Shown: positions 63,835-64,000 of the stretch, piece after piece | Layout of the letters: the number at the start of each line of letters is the position of its first letter | Position numbering within the stretch: the first letter of the stretch is position 1 | Assembly: GCF_009914755.1 (NCBI RefSeq) | Contig: NC_060942.1 | Length of the DNA: 64,000 nt | From: the human T2T-CHM13v2.0 reference genome, Homo sapiens | Reading direction: 5' to 3' (one strand) | Notes under the pieces: model-generated | What the model saw: only the letters and a program-made list of their open reading frames with translations | Told to the model about the DNA's origin: nothing | The model's database searches: none | Made by a program: the position numbers and the translations under genes

Positions 63835-64000
63835 TGATATGGTTTGGCTCTGTGTCCTCACCCAAATCTCACCTTGAATTGTAATAATCCTCACCTGTCA
63901 AGGGCAGGGCCAGGTGGAGTTAATTGAATCATGGTGGCAATTTCTCCCACATGGTTCTCATGATAGTGAGTGATTTCTCACAAGATCTAATGGTTTTATA
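63835..64000 (+). mobile_element. THE1-like MaLR LTR, cut by the window edge
   Basis: TGATATGGTTTGGCTCTGTGTCCTCACCCAAATCTCACCTTGAATTGTAATAATCC. Confidence 0.85.

Overview
AT-rich primate genomic DNA (Alu, THE1/MST, MER52 and L1 content; human or a closely related great ape). It matches the RAB27B-CCDC68 locus, which is 18q21.2 in human. On the + strand the window starts inside a long RAB27B 5' intron and then holds all five coding exons of RAB27B (24675..36502, 657 nt, 218 aa, all GT-AG junctions in frame), followed by a ~6.1 kb 3'UTR ending near 42600. On the - strand lie the last two coding exons (54947-54871, 51499-51442) and the ~2.85 kb 3'UTR of CCDC68, so the two genes converge about 6 kb apart. 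The rest is intronic or intergenic and rich in transposable elements, many with readable target-site duplications (TSDs). I find no convincing new gene or new biological system. The observations most worth follow-up are: (1) a sense THE1 LTR with a GTAAGT donor just upstream of the first RAB27B coding exon; (2) an Alu whose poly(A) tail is replaced by a GC-box/G-quadruplex tract; (3) several local duplications or templated insertions, one bracketing a RAB27B coding exon; (4) a MER52 LTR nested in an Alu; (5) an Alu tail that may supply the GU-rich downstream element of the CCDC68 poly(A) site. Repeat subfamily names come from recalled consensus sequences and need RepeatMasker/Dfam confirmation.
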